Origin: Vulcanimicrobiota bacterium
GTDB taxonomy: Bacteria > Vulcanimicrobiota > Vulcanimicrobiia > Vulcanimicrobiales > Vulcanimicrobiaceae
Assembly (NCBI GenBank): GCA_963786105.1
Contig: CAWAXX010000017.1
Location: forward strand, 32,001 to 96,000
Direction: 5' to 3'
DNA length: 64,000 nucleotides
The notes below the pieces were generated by a model. The model made no database searches, was not told the origin of the DNA, and saw nothing but the letters and a program-made list of their open reading frames with translations. A program made the position numbers and the translations under genes. This document shows positions 48,438 through 58,692 of the stretch, piece after piece; position 1 is the stretch's first letter; each line of letters opens with the position of its first letter.

Positions 48438-51164
48438 CTAGGGGCCGTGAGCGATGTGCGCCGCCAGCGCCGAACGTGACCGCAAGCCGAGGCGAGAGAA
48501 GATCGTGGAGAGGTGATGCTCGACGGTATGCTCGCTGATGTGCAGTCGTTGCGCGATGGATCGGTTCGTTTCGCCATCGGCGACCAGGCGCGCGACTTCC
48601 ATCTGCCGCGGACTCAGGGCGACCAGCCCCGGGTTTTCGACCGGTCGCGCCGTTCGCAGACGCTCCGCGTCGCGGACGTTACCCATCTGCACGTAAATCG
48701 CCAGCGCCTCGGCCGGGCGTGCGGCGGCCTCCAGCGCGCGCGCTTCGTACAGGCGCCAGCCGATATGCGAAAAGGCTCCTGCGGCGAGCGCGGCCATGCG
48801 CAGCACGCGCGGCGTAGGACGGTCGGCCGCGGTCAACGCTGCCAAGAAGAGCCGGCACGCGCGGCGCACTCGCGGACGCGTACCCGAAAGCGAAAGCATG
48901 TCCGCGGCCCATTGCTGCGTTTGAGCGTCACCCGCAGACGCGATGTGGAGAAACAGGCTCGTGCAGCGATGCGGACGAGGAATGAAGTCAACCGCGCCGG
49001 CGACCAAACCGCGTGCTTCGTCGCTCGCGCCTTGAGCCGACCGTAGTTCGGCAAATGCCGCCGATACCGAGGCGATTCGCTGGACTTCTCGCGACCGCGC
49101 GGCATAGATCAGCGCATCCTCGTCTGCGCAGGCTTCGAGCAACTGCCGGTCGTTGAGCAGCAGCGCGAGTGGAACGCCGACGGCGGCGGCCTTCGTTTTG
49201 AACGTCGCGGTGTTCACGCCGCTCTCGATCGCCTCCCACACCAGGTCGCGCGCCCGTTTCAGCTCGCCGGCGAGCATGAGGGTATTTGCGTAGTTGAGCG
49301 CCGAGTACGCGACCCGCCAGCTCATCGATGTGCGCCGGGCTTCGGCGAGGGCGATTTCGTGACGCTCGACCGCCAACGCGGGTTCGCCCAAGTCGGCTGC
49401 CACCAGCGCGAAGTTGTTTTCGATTTGAGCGATCAACTCGCTGATTCCCGACTCGTTCGCCAGGCTCGACGCACGGCGGCAGTCGTCGAGCGCCGACTTG
49501 GCGTCCCCCAAGGCCGCGAGCGTTTCGGCGCGCACCTCGTGAAAGCTCGCCCGCAACGGAACGTCGAAATGCGCGCTCAGAGCTTCGGCGGCGGCCAACT
49601 GCGCCTGCGCGAGCGCGACGTCGCCCAGCGTGATCGAGTAGCGAGCCAGTGCGAGGATCGCTTCGGCCGACATCGCGGGCTCTCGCAGCGTATCGAGGAT
49701 CGCCGACGCCTGCGACGCCGCCTCGAGACTCTCCGCGGTACGCGCGTCGACCCAAAACTGATCCGCCAGGCGGAGCAAAGCGTGCGAAGTCCCCGCCGCG
49801 TCGGCGAGCCGGGCGTATTCGGCGCGGCTCTTTTCAAACCAGACGGTCGGTTCTTCACCGCAGCCTTCAATATAGAGGAGGGTGCCGAGCCTATCGTAGA
49901 CGGCGGCGCGCTGCGGTCCAGGCGGGTATTCCCAGCGCAACGCCATGCTGTAAAAGCCGATGGCATCGCGATACGCGTAGAGGTTCCAGGCGGCTTCGGC
50001 GGCGCGCTCGTTGTGAAACCGGGCGCGATCGGCAACCCGCGCGGCCGACCAATGATAGGCCAACTCCGCCTCTCGCTGCTCGCCGTCCGGGAGATTCTGC
50101 AGTTCCTGCGCTATTCGGACGTGCAGCGGGGCGGCAACCCCGACGATGAGCTGATCGGCCAGCGCTTGACGAATCATGGCGTGACGGAACGTAAACTCGA
50201 AGGCGGACGACGGCGAAGCGACCACGATGCCGGCGAGAACGGCGCGCTGTAACACCGCGAGGACTTCTTCCAGTCGAAGATCGAGGATGGTCGCGAGGAA
50301 CTCCGCGTCGAAGCGCCGGCCGACGATGGCGGCACGGACGAGTACGGCGCGTTCTTGCTCGAGAAGCGGCGTCAGGCGTTCGCTCAGCATCGCCTGAAGC
50401 GACAGCGGCGCGTGAGTCGCGAGGTTCAGGCCGCCGCTTTCACGCACGACGTGGACGAGCTCTTCGGCGAAGAGCGGATTACCTTCGGAAAGCGATTCGA
50501 TCTCAGCGAGCGTTTCTGGTGGAACCGACGTGCCGAGTCGCGCGAGCCGCTGCGTCACGAGGTAGCGTATTTCGTTGCGATGCAGTCCGCGTAGCGGTAC
50601 CGCAGCGACGCGATTGCGCGCAGCGTAATGCCGGAAAGAGGCCAGCGCCGCATCGTTTGCGGCGCCTTCGGTTCGAAGCGAGACGAGAATCAGCACGCGG
50701 GCGGCGCCCAAGCCCTGCATGAGGTACTTTAGTAACTCGAGCGTCGCCGAGTCGGCCCACTGGAGATCTTCGAGAATGGCAACGACCGGCTTTCGCTGAG
50801 CGACTCGCTGCAGCAGCCGCGCCGTAGTTTCAAAGAAGGCGGCTTTCTCTGCCGCGTTTCCACGGCGTGTGCGCGGTTCGAGCCCGCGGCCGATTCCGCG
50901 CGTGTCGACGGAAGAAAGCATTGCGGAGAACGGACGATACGGGCTGCGCACGTGTTCGCTGCAATGTCCCGAAGCGATCGTCGCGCTGGACGCGATGGAC
51001 GCGACGAACTCCTCGATCAGCCGGGACTTTCCGATCCCGGCGTCACCTTCGATCGGGACGAAACGCGAACGCTCGTCGCGCGCGCACGCAAACGCTTCGT
51101 GCAGGAACGCCAACTCCTCGCGGCGTCCGACGAACCCTTCGTAGCCGAACGCGCGTGAAATCAT
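48438..51164 (-). CDS. AAA ATPase-LuxR (LAL/MalT-like) transcriptional regulator
   Basis: FVGRREEL, GDAGIGKS, LEDLQWAD, GNPLF, C-terminal LSPRQ...HISEHTVEHHL. Confidence 0.9.
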   Translation of the reverse strand: MISRAFGYEGFVGRREELAFLHEAFACARDERSRFVPIEGDAGIGKSRLIEEFVASIASSATIASGHCSEHVRSPYRPFSAMLSSVDTRGIGRGLEPRTRRGNAAEKAAFFETTARLLQRVAQRKPVVAILEDLQWADSATLELLKYLMQGLGAARVLILVSLRTEGAANDAALASFRHYAARNRVAAVPLRGLHRNEIRYLVTQRLARLGTSVPPETLAEIESLSEGNPLFAEELVHVVRESGGLNLATHAPLSLQAMLSERLTPLLEQERAVLVRAAIVGRRFDAEFLATILDLRLEEVLAVLQRAVLAGIVVASPSSAFEFTFRHAMIRQALADQLIVGVAAPLHVRIAQELQNLPDGEQREAELAYHWSAARVADRARFHNERAAEAAWNLYAYRDAIGFYSMALRWEYPPGPQRAAVYDRLGTLLYIEGCGEEPTVWFEKSRAEYARLADAAGTSHALLRLADQFWVDARTAESLEAASQASAILDTLREPAMSAEAILALARYSITLGDVALAQAQLAAAEALSAHFDVPLRASFHEVRAETLAALGDAKSALDDCRRASSLANESGISELIAQIENNFALVAADLGEPALAVERHEIALAEARRTSMSWRVAYSALNYANTLMLAGELKRARDLVWEAIESGVNTATFKTKAAAVGVPLALLLNDRQLLEACADEDALIYAARSREVQRIASVSAAFAELRSAQGASDEARGLVAGAVDFIPRPHRCTSLFLHIASAGDAQTQQWAADMLSLSGTRPRVRRACRLFLAALTAADRPTPRVLRMAALAAGAFSHIGWRLYEARALEAAARPAEALAIYVQMGNVRDAERLRTARPVENPGLVALSPRQMEVARLVADGETNRSIAQRLHISEHTVEHHLSTIFSRLGLRSRSALAAHIAHGP

Positions 51165-51586
51165 GCCATCGTGCGACCGACGGCGAACACGGCTAACGCA
51201 ATTGCCACGACGTCCTCCAGGATTGCCGCGGGAACCGCGCCGACCGCGGCGATAGCCATCATTCGGACTGCGAGCCCACCGTATGCGCCGACGCCCACCC
51301 CGGCAAGAGCGACCAAAGCTCCGGCAGCTCCAGAAGTGCCACTCGTAACGGCAAGCGACCAACCGACAAAGGCTCCGCTTGCTATGCGAGCAACTAGGCC
51401 CGGCGCCTTCGTTCGCGCGGGCGTTCTTGGATACAGATCTCCGGCGTATTCTAGGACGGCGAGAATCCCGAACACGATCGCCCAAAGACCGCCGTGGCGC
51501 GCGATCCAAAGTACGGCAGGGGCGGTAAATGCACGCAGTCCGGCGGCGATGCCTAAGAGAAAAATTGCCAAAAACACCAGGAACAT
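51161..51586 (-). CDS. DUF4126-like membrane protein
   Basis: GIAAGLRAFTAP, EYAGDLYP.TPAR, AILEDVVA. Confidence 0.7.
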   Translation of the reverse strand: MFLVFLAIFLLGIAAGLRAFTAPAVLWIARHGGLWAIVFGILAVLEYAGDLYPRTPARTKAPGLVARIASGAFVGWSLAVTSGTSGAAGALVALAGVGVGAYGGLAVRMMAIAAVGAVPAAILEDVVAIALAVFAVGRTMA

Positions 51587-51713
51587 GAATTTGTCCTTCG
51601 GGCCATACGACGGCGCGCCTTCGGCAAGCCGTTCGAGGCGCGACCTCCGGCTAGGATTCCGCGGCGTTTTTCGCGTAGGCTGTACCACTCCACTCGCGCT
51701 CGGAAAGGTAATC

Positions 51714-53078
51714 GTGATAGCCCCACGTTTGGCAATCGTCACGTCGCTGGTCTTTGCTACGATTGCGTTCGGCGGATGCGCGGGAGGATCGCACTCGGCG
51801 TCACCTGCCGGCGCGCCGCTGGTACCGGCGGTCGGGACGAAGGATCTGCTGCAGAGCCTCGGCGGCAGCGGCAGCGAGAAAATCAAACACATCGTCATTA
51901 TCGTTCAAGAAAATCGCAGTTTCGACAATCTCTTTCAGGGGTATCCAGGTGCGGACACCGTACCGAACGGCAAGGATTCGCGTGGGAAAACGATCCAGCT
52001 GCGCCCAGTAAGTTTAGCGACGCAGTACGTCATCGATCATTCCATGTCGTCGATGATCGCGGCTTGCGACGGGACCGGCAAACTGCCGGGTACCGAGTGC
52101 CGGATGGACGGGTTCGATCGGGAACCGCACTGGGGCGGTCCCCCTAAACCCGAATACGTTTACGTGCCGCACACGGATTCGAAGCCCTATTTCGACATGG
52201 CGCACGAATGGGTCGTCGGCGACCGTATGTTCCAGTCGCATCTCGACGAAAGCTTCGTCTCGCACCAGTATATTATTGCGGCGCAGGCGCATTCGAGCGT
52301 CGACCTGCCGTACGGATATTGGGGATGCGATGGCGGCCCTAGCGACCAGGTGCAGACGGTCACAAAAGACCGTACCTACGGGCCAACGCAGAGAGCCTGT
52401 TTTGACTACACCACGCTCGGCGACGAACTCGACAGCGCCGGACTGTCGTGGCGCTTCTATACCAGCACGATCAGCAACGACGGAGGCGAATGGTCCGGCT
52501 ATCAAGCGGTTCGCCACATCCGCTACGGAAACGACTGGAAGCAAGATGTCATTACTCCGCAGAAGCAGTTCATCACCGACGTCGGTAAGGGTACCCTCGC
52601 GAACGTGACCTGGATCACGCCGCTTTGCAACGACTCCGATCACGTCAACTGCGGCGGTGGCTTCGGGCCGTCGTGGGTGACGTCGCTGGTCAACGCCGTC
52701 GGCCAGAGCCAGTTTTGGGATAGCACCGCAATCTTCGTCATGTGGGACGACTGGGGAGGCCTTTACGATCACGTGCCGCCGCCGCATCTCGATGACGATG
52801 GGCTGGGCTTTCGCGTGCCGCTTCTCGTGATCTCGCCCTACGCCAAGAAAGGCTACGTCTCACACGTGCAATACGAAACCGGAAGTATACTCAGGTTCGC
52901 CGAGGACGTTTTTGGATTGGGTCGTTTGGCCGCCAGCGATGCGCGTGCGAACTCGCCGGCATCCGACTGCTTCGATTTTAACGGGGCGCCGCGAGCGTTC
53001 GTTCCGATCGACGCTCCTAAGAACCGTTCGTTCTTCCTCAAGCAGATCAACGACGGCCGGGCACCCGACTACGAATGA
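51714..53078 (+). CDS. phosphoesterase (phospholipase C/acid phosphatase family) lipoprotein 1
   Basis: KHIVIIVQENRSFDN, WDDWGGLYDHVPP, GFRVPLLVISPY; start estimated. Confidence 0.88.
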   Translation: MIAPRLAIVTSLVFATIAFGGCAGGSHSASPAGAPLVPAVGTKDLLQSLGGSGSEKIKHIVIIVQENRSFDNLFQGYPGADTVPNGKDSRGKTIQLRPVSLATQYVIDHSMSSMIAACDGTGKLPGTECRMDGFDREPHWGGPPKPEYVYVPHTDSKPYFDMAHEWVVGDRMFQSHLDESFVSHQYIIAAQAHSSVDLPYGYWGCDGGPSDQVQTVTKDRTYGPTQRACFDYTTLGDELDSAGLSWRFYTSTISNDGGEWSGYQAVRHIRYGNDWKQDVITPQKQFITDVGKGTLANVTWITPLCNDSDHVNCGGGFGPSWVTSLVNAVGQSQFWDSTAIFVMWDDWGGLYDHVPPPHLDDDGLGFRVPLLVISPYAKKGYVSHVQYETGSILRFAEDVFGLGRLAASDARANSPASDCFDFNGAPRAFVPIDAPKNRSFFLKQINDGRAPDYE

Positions 53079-54424
53079 GTAGCAAAGCCATCGCAGCGCC
53101 ACAGATCGCTGCGCTTTTCATGCTGACGGCGTGCGGCGGTCAGCAGGCTTCTTCGACTCCGCCGTCGGGTAATGCCGGTTTGCCTATCATGGCCGTTCGG
53201 CAGGCGACGACGCCGATTACCCACGTCGTCATCATCGTTCAAGAAAACCGTACCCCCGACTATCTCTTCCAGGGCGTCCCCGGCGCCGACATCTCGCAGA
53301 CCGCGATCGATTCACGCGGCCAAACCGTTTCGCTGCAGCCCGTGTCGCTTGCGGCTCCGTACGATTTACCCCACGGCCACAGCAACTGGCTGACCGACTA
53401 CGATGGCGGTAGAATGGATGGCTTCGATCGAGGTCTCTCCCAAAGAAGTCGCATGCGCCCGTTCGGCTACGCCCCGCGTTCGGAAGTTCAGCCGTATTAT
53501 GACATGGCGACGCAGTACGTTTTTGCCGACCACATGTTTCAGACTAACCAGGCCGATAGTTTTCCGGCGCATCAGTATCTGGTTAGCGGAACCGCGTCGG
53601 CACTGCCGGCGACGTCGTTCAACGTTTCGGGTAATGCCATTAACCGTTATACCGGCCGCCCGGGAGCTGACGGTTGCGATGCGCCTAGCTCCTCGGTCGT
53701 TCCGACCATCAATCCGGGTAACGGAAATCCCGGTCCTACTCCGGCTCCGTGCTTCGATCGACCGGTGCTTTCGGATTTGCTCGACAAACAGCACGTGACG
53801 TGGCGCTACTATCAGCGCGGATTCGGCGTCGGCCTTTGGCACGCGTTCGATGCTATCCAACACGTCCGGTACGGGCAAGACTACAGCAACATCATTTCGC
53901 CGTCCAAAACGATTCTCACGAATATTTCGAACAACCAGCTGCCGGGATTGTCGTGGGTAATCCCGGCGGGCGATGCCTATTCAGACCATGCCGGAACGCG
54001 GAGTGCGAAAGGGCCGTCGTGGGTTGCAGCCGTCGTGAACGCCATCGGCGAGAGCCCGTATTGGAACTCGACCGCGATCTTCATCGTCTGGGACGATTGG
54101 GGGGGATGGTACGACCACGTGCAGCCCGAGCAGTTCAATAACTATTACGAGTTGGGATTCCGGGTTCCGCTGGTCGTCATTTCGCCGTATGCAAAACGAG
54201 CCTACGTCTCTAAAGTGCAGCACGAGTTCGGCAGCCTCTTGGCATTCTCAGAGGAAGCCTTCGGGATACCAAAGGGTGCGCTCGGTACGACGGACGTGCG
54301 CGCCGACGACCTTTCGGATTGCTTCGATTTCACGCAGCATCCGCGCTCGTTTACACCGATCAAGGCACCACCTTTCAAGAAACACGACGCACTAGTAGCC
54401 CCGCCCGACGTCGAGGATCCCTAG
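53075..54424 (+). CDS. phosphoesterase lipoprotein 2
   Basis: LTAC lipobox; HVVIIVQENRTPDY, WDDWGGWYDHV, GFRVP. Confidence 0.88.
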   Translation: MSSKAIAAPQIAALFMLTACGGQQASSTPPSGNAGLPIMAVRQATTPITHVVIIVQENRTPDYLFQGVPGADISQTAIDSRGQTVSLQPVSLAAPYDLPHGHSNWLTDYDGGRMDGFDRGLSQRSRMRPFGYAPRSEVQPYYDMATQYVFADHMFQTNQADSFPAHQYLVSGTASALPATSFNVSGNAINRYTGRPGADGCDAPSSSVVPTINPGNGNPGPTPAPCFDRPVLSDLLDKQHVTWRYYQRGFGVGLWHAFDAIQHVRYGQDYSNIISPSKTILTNISNNQLPGLSWVIPAGDAYSDHAGTRSAKGPSWVAAVVNAIGESPYWNSTAIFIVWDDWGGWYDHVQPEQFNNYYELGFRVPLVVISPYAKRAYVSKVQHEFGSLLAFSEEAFGIPKGALGTTDVRADDLSDCFDFTQHPRSFTPIKAPPFKKHDALVAPPDVEDP

Positions 54425-54513
54425 CGCGCGCCGACTGGTGCCTATTGCGGCAACGGAACGCCGGGATCCAAAAGTTCGCTGGACGGCGCACGCTGTTCCA
54501 AGGAGACGTTTTT

Positions 54514-55899
54514 ATGCGATTCAGTTTCAACGCGGTCCGGATGCTGCCGGTCGCGGCCATGGCGCTCTTGGTTTGCTCCTGCAGTACCGGAGGCGGATTG
54601 GGCGCGTCCCCCAGGTTGCCGGCAGCGGACACGCAATCCGAGCAAGGCCAGCGTCACGGCCGCTCGAGCGGCAAGATCCAACACGTCATCATCATCGTGC
54701 AAGAGAATCGGAGCTTCAACAATCTCTTTTACGGCTTTCCCGGCGCGAAGACGGCAAAGTACGGCTTCGACTCCAACGGTCAAAAGATTGTGCTGCAACC
54801 AGTCGGTCTCGAAACTACTTGGGATATCGACCATAGCTCGAACTCGTTTTTTGCCGCTTGCAACGGCACCGGAAGCATCCCCGGTACCAACTGCCGGATG
54901 AACGGGTTCAACAACGAATACGTCGGTTGCGGTAATTCCGGACCGCCCTGTCCGAACAAGAATCCAACGTATAGCTACGTGCCGCACACGGAGACGAAGC
55001 CCTATTTTGAAATGGCCAAGCAATACGTCCTGGCCGATCAAATGTTCGCCTCGAACTTCGACGCGAGCAGTTTCATTTCGCACCAGTACATCATCTCCGG
55101 GCAGGCGGAATCGGCGGTCAACTATCCCAATGGTGCGTGGGGCTGTCCCGGTGGAACCGGCGACAAAATCTCCATGGTGGGACAGCAGCGCCAGATTCCG
55201 TCGGGGAACGAGGTGGTGTGCTGGGATCCGACGACCCTCGGAGACGAACTCGACAACGCGGGCGTTTCGTGGGGATTCTACACCGCACCGGTCAATGGCG
55301 ATTTGGGTATTTGGAGCGCTTATCAGGCGATCAAGCACATCTATACCGGTCAGGATTGGAAGACGGACATCATCACGCCGCAGACGCAATTCTTTAGCGA
55401 TGTTTCGAACGGCAATTTGCGTGCGGTCAGCTGGATTACGCCGACGTGGGAGAATTCCGACCATGCCGGCAGCGGGTCGAACACCGGACCGTCGTGGGTC
55501 ACGTCGCTGGTTAATGCCGTCGGCAAGTCCAAGTATTGGAACTCGACCGCAATCTTTATCTTCTGGGACGACTACGGTGGATGGTACGACCCGGTCGCGC
55601 CCGCCTTCGTCGACTACGACGGACTCGGCTTGCGGTTGCCGATGCTGATCGTTTCGCCGTACGCCAAAGCCGGGTACGTGTCGCACGTCCCCTACGAGCA
55701 TGGCAGCATCCTGCGATTTACGGAAGACCAATTCAGCTTAGGACGGTTATCGGCCAGCGACACGCGGGCGAACTCGCCTGCGTCGGATGCGTTCGACTTC
55801 TCACAACCGCCACGGAAGTTCGTGAAGATCCCGGCGCCGCTCGACCAGCGCTTCTTCATGAGCCAGCCCACGAGCCACCGAATGCCCGATAATCAGTGA
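54514..55899 (+). CDS. phosphoesterase lipoprotein 3
   Basis: HVIIIVQENRSFNN, WDDYGGWYDPV, GLRLP; AAGGAG SD. Confidence 0.88.
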   Translation: MRFSFNAVRMLPVAAMALLVCSCSTGGGLGASPRLPAADTQSEQGQRHGRSSGKIQHVIIIVQENRSFNNLFYGFPGAKTAKYGFDSNGQKIVLQPVGLETTWDIDHSSNSFFAACNGTGSIPGTNCRMNGFNNEYVGCGNSGPPCPNKNPTYSYVPHTETKPYFEMAKQYVLADQMFASNFDASSFISHQYIISGQAESAVNYPNGAWGCPGGTGDKISMVGQQRQIPSGNEVVCWDPTTLGDELDNAGVSWGFYTAPVNGDLGIWSAYQAIKHIYTGQDWKTDIITPQTQFFSDVSNGNLRAVSWITPTWENSDHAGSGSNTGPSWVTSLVNAVGKSKYWNSTAIFIFWDDYGGWYDPVAPAFVDYDGLGLRLPMLIVSPYAKAGYVSHVPYEHGSILRFTEDQFSLGRLSASDTRANSPASDAFDFSQPPRKFVKIPAPLDQRFFMSQPTSHRMPDNQ

Positions 55900-55904
55900 G
55901 AGAC

Positions 55905-55950
55905 GCTCCGCCGGGATCGTCGCCTGAGACGGCGGTCCCGGCGGGGCTTT
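55905..55950 (+). terminator. strong hairpin, probable intrinsic terminator
   Basis: 18-bp stem GCTCCGCCGGGATCGTCG/CGGCGGTCCCGGCGGGGC (with G-U pairs) followed by TTT. Confidence 0.55.
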
Positions 55951-56067
55951 GGGATGCGGTACGGTGTTCGAGATCGTTCCGTAGCGCGGGTCGCGCCGGA
56001 ATCGGAGGGCAGCATGCAGAACAAGCCGTCCCTTCAATGCGTTCATGCTTATATGAGAGGCATCACC

Positions 56068-57030
56068 ATGAGCCGTCTTGATTTAGCGCGTTATGCGGCA
56101 GCATGTTGTGCGGCCTCCGTAGTGTTTGCGGGATGCGGTGGATCGCCGTCGGAAAACGTGCCGGCCGTCCCGATGGCGCGAAGTGCCGTTGTCCGTCCCG
56201 AAACGGCGCGTACTTGGATGACGCCGCAGGCAACGCGTATGGATCTTCTCTACGTTTCGGACGTCCGGAAGCAAACCGTCGACGTGTACTCGTATCCTAT
56301 GGGTGGGCTCGTCGGGAAACTCACCGGCTTCGGCCGGCCAAAGGGTGAGTGCGCCGATCGGACGGGGAACGTGTGGATCGCCGACGCCGGGGGCTTTGAC
56401 GTCATCGAGTATCCTCACGGTGCAAGCAAACCAATCGTGGCTCTCGACACCCCAGGTAGCCCGACGGGGTGCTCCGTCGATCCCCTTACCGGCAATCTCG
56501 CCGTCACGGGCGGGACGAACGGCATCGTGCTTTCGGTTTATCGGCGCACTAAGGGCGGCGGATGGCGTTCGCCCGTGAAATACTCGACTTCGAACGTTCG
56601 CGCGGCCTATTTTTGCGGATACGACGACCAGGGAAATCTCTTCATCGACGGGGAGGGCGACGGAGGATTTCAATTTGCCGAACTTCGCCGCGGCGGCGCC
56701 GCACTCAAACCCGTCACGTTGAATCAGTCTATCGCCGTTCCAGCCCAGGTCCAGTGGGATGGCCATAACGTTGCCGTTGGGGATTCCGGCATTTCTCCGT
56801 CGGTAATATACCAATTTTCGATTAGCGGAAGCGCCGGAACCGAAGTCGGCTCTACGACGCTCGGCGGTACGAAGAGCGTGCGGCAGTTTTGGATTGCGGG
56901 CAGCACGGTCGTCGGGCCCGACGTCAGCGGCCGCGATGTCGGTCTTTTCAACTATCCGGCCGGTGGTTCGCCGAGCTCTACCATCGCGGCCCCGCATGCA
57001 TTTGGTGCGGCCGTGAGCCTCGCTCAATAA
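56068..57030 (+). CDS. beta-propeller lipoprotein A
   Basis: FAGC lipobox; LLYVSD, CSVDPLTGNLAV, FCGYD, QWDG, YPAGGSP. Confidence 0.8.
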   Translation: MSRLDLARYAAACCAASVVFAGCGGSPSENVPAVPMARSAVVRPETARTWMTPQATRMDLLYVSDVRKQTVDVYSYPMGGLVGKLTGFGRPKGECADRTGNVWIADAGGFDVIEYPHGASKPIVALDTPGSPTGCSVDPLTGNLAVTGGTNGIVLSVYRRTKGGGWRSPVKYSTSNVRAAYFCGYDDQGNLFIDGEGDGGFQFAELRRGGAALKPVTLNQSIAVPAQVQWDGHNVAVGDSGISPSVIYQFSISGSAGTEVGSTTLGGTKSVRQFWIAGSTVVGPDVSGRDVGLFNYPAGGSPSSTIAAPHAFGAAVSLAQ

Positions 57031-57066
57031 CGGCCAACCAGTTTGAATTTTATAAGGAGAAGTTCC

Positions 57067-58665
57067 GTGCCACGACGCTTTCTCGCCGTCGTTATCGCCT
57101 GCGCTTGGGTTGCCGGATGCGGCGGCCAATCGAGCACGCCCGCCCTTCCAGGACCCCTTGCGGTTCCGCCCGTGGGCCGATCGTCGGTACTGCCGGCCGG
57201 CAAGAATCCCAACGAGCTTCCCGAGCCGCCCGTCGTAAAAGCAGTCAACGGCGTCGCTAGAGTTTCGCTCACCGCGGAGATCGATCAAACGAGCAATCTT
57301 CCGACTTTCGACTACGAAGGCGCGAAAAACGTTATCCCAACGATCAGTGTGAAGCCCGGCGAAACCTTCGTCGTCGAGGTTGTCGATGCGTTGCAGCATA
57401 CGCGGAGCATGGCGGACGAGATTAATCTGCACTTCCACGGCCTCGGCGTGTCGCCGAAGGCCCCCGGCGACGACGTTCTTGGGACCTTTGCAAGACCCGG
57501 ACAGAAGGTCCGTTACGTGGTGCACGTTCCAAAGAATCAGGAGCCGGGGCTGTATTGGTATCATCCGCACATTCACGGACAGGTAAACCTACAAGTCGGT
57601 CAAGGCGGAATGTCGGGTGCTATTATCGTCGAGGGGCTGGAACGTCATTTGCCCGGGTTGGGTAAATTGAAGCAGCGCGTGATCGTCGTTCGAGACACGG
57701 GGACCAGCTCGACCCTCAAGACGAACGGCGCTGGCGACGGCTCGTCCGATATGCTTGGTGACGGCAGCATGCCGGACTCGGGGATCCTCCGTCCGCACTT
57801 CGTTAACAACGATCCCTGCGGTCCTGAGATGGGCCTTACGCCCACGATTAACGGAGCCATCAATCCCGTCATAACGATTGCACCCGGAGAACAGCAGTTC
57901 TTTCGGGTCGTAAACGCGACGGGGCACAAGACGTTAAAGCTCGCCGTCGATGGTGAATCGGTCCAGCTGGTCGCGATCGACGGCTTCGCTCTGGATACGC
58001 GCCCCGGCAATCCGCCGACGCTGACCGTGCCCTTCGTCATCGTTCCGCCCGCCGCGCGTGCGGAGTTCATCGTAACCGGTCCGCAAAACCGATCGACGAA
58101 GTTCCGCAGCCTTTGCTACGACACCGGGCCGGGCGGGGATCGGGACCCCGACATCGAGCTCGCCGTCATTCACGCACCTTTCCATCACCCCAGCCGCAGC
58201 CGGCCCACAAACGCTCGGCCACTCACGGTCGGCGATCCACTTCCGACGAACGCGTACACGACTCAGCTTCCACCGGCTTCCGTCAAGCGCACCGTCGTTT
58301 TTAGCGAAGGACCAAAACACTTCCGCATCAACGGTAAGATATTCTCGATAAACGCTCCGCCGATGTACGTGGTGCACGTCGGGACGATCGAGGAATGGCA
58401 TATCGTGAACGTCAGCACGGAAGTGCACGACTTTCACATCCACCAGATACATTTCTTGGTAAAAGAAGTCAACGGCGTCAAACCGCAATACCCGTACTGG
58501 GCCGACAGCGTCGTCATCCCGCATCGGCGAGGTGACGGACAACCCGGCACCCTCGTGTTGCTCATGGATTTCCGCGATCCACTCATCAAGGGCACGTTTG
58601 TGTTCCACTGTCACATACTCGATCACGAGGACGGTGGAATGATGGCGAAAATTCAAGCGATCTAA
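57067..58665 (+). CDS. multicopper oxidase lipoprotein
   Basis: VAGC; NLHFHG, YWYHPH, HDFHIH, HCHILDHEDGGMM. Confidence 0.93.
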   Translation: MPRRFLAVVIACAWVAGCGGQSSTPALPGPLAVPPVGRSSVLPAGKNPNELPEPPVVKAVNGVARVSLTAEIDQTSNLPTFDYEGAKNVIPTISVKPGETFVVEVVDALQHTRSMADEINLHFHGLGVSPKAPGDDVLGTFARPGQKVRYVVHVPKNQEPGLYWYHPHIHGQVNLQVGQGGMSGAIIVEGLERHLPGLGKLKQRVIVVRDTGTSSTLKTNGAGDGSSDMLGDGSMPDSGILRPHFVNNDPCGPEMGLTPTINGAINPVITIAPGEQQFFRVVNATGHKTLKLAVDGESVQLVAIDGFALDTRPGNPPTLTVPFVIVPPAARAEFIVTGPQNRSTKFRSLCYDTGPGGDRDPDIELAVIHAPFHHPSRSRPTNARPLTVGDPLPTNAYTTQLPPASVKRTVVFSEGPKHFRINGKIFSINAPPMYVVHVGTIEEWHIVNVSTEVHDFHIHQIHFLVKEVNGVKPQYPYWADSVVIPHRRGDGQPGTLVLLMDFRDPLIKGTFVFHCHILDHEDGGMMAKIQAI

Positions 58666-58692
58666 CGGATTAAGGAACTAAGGGAACACTAC

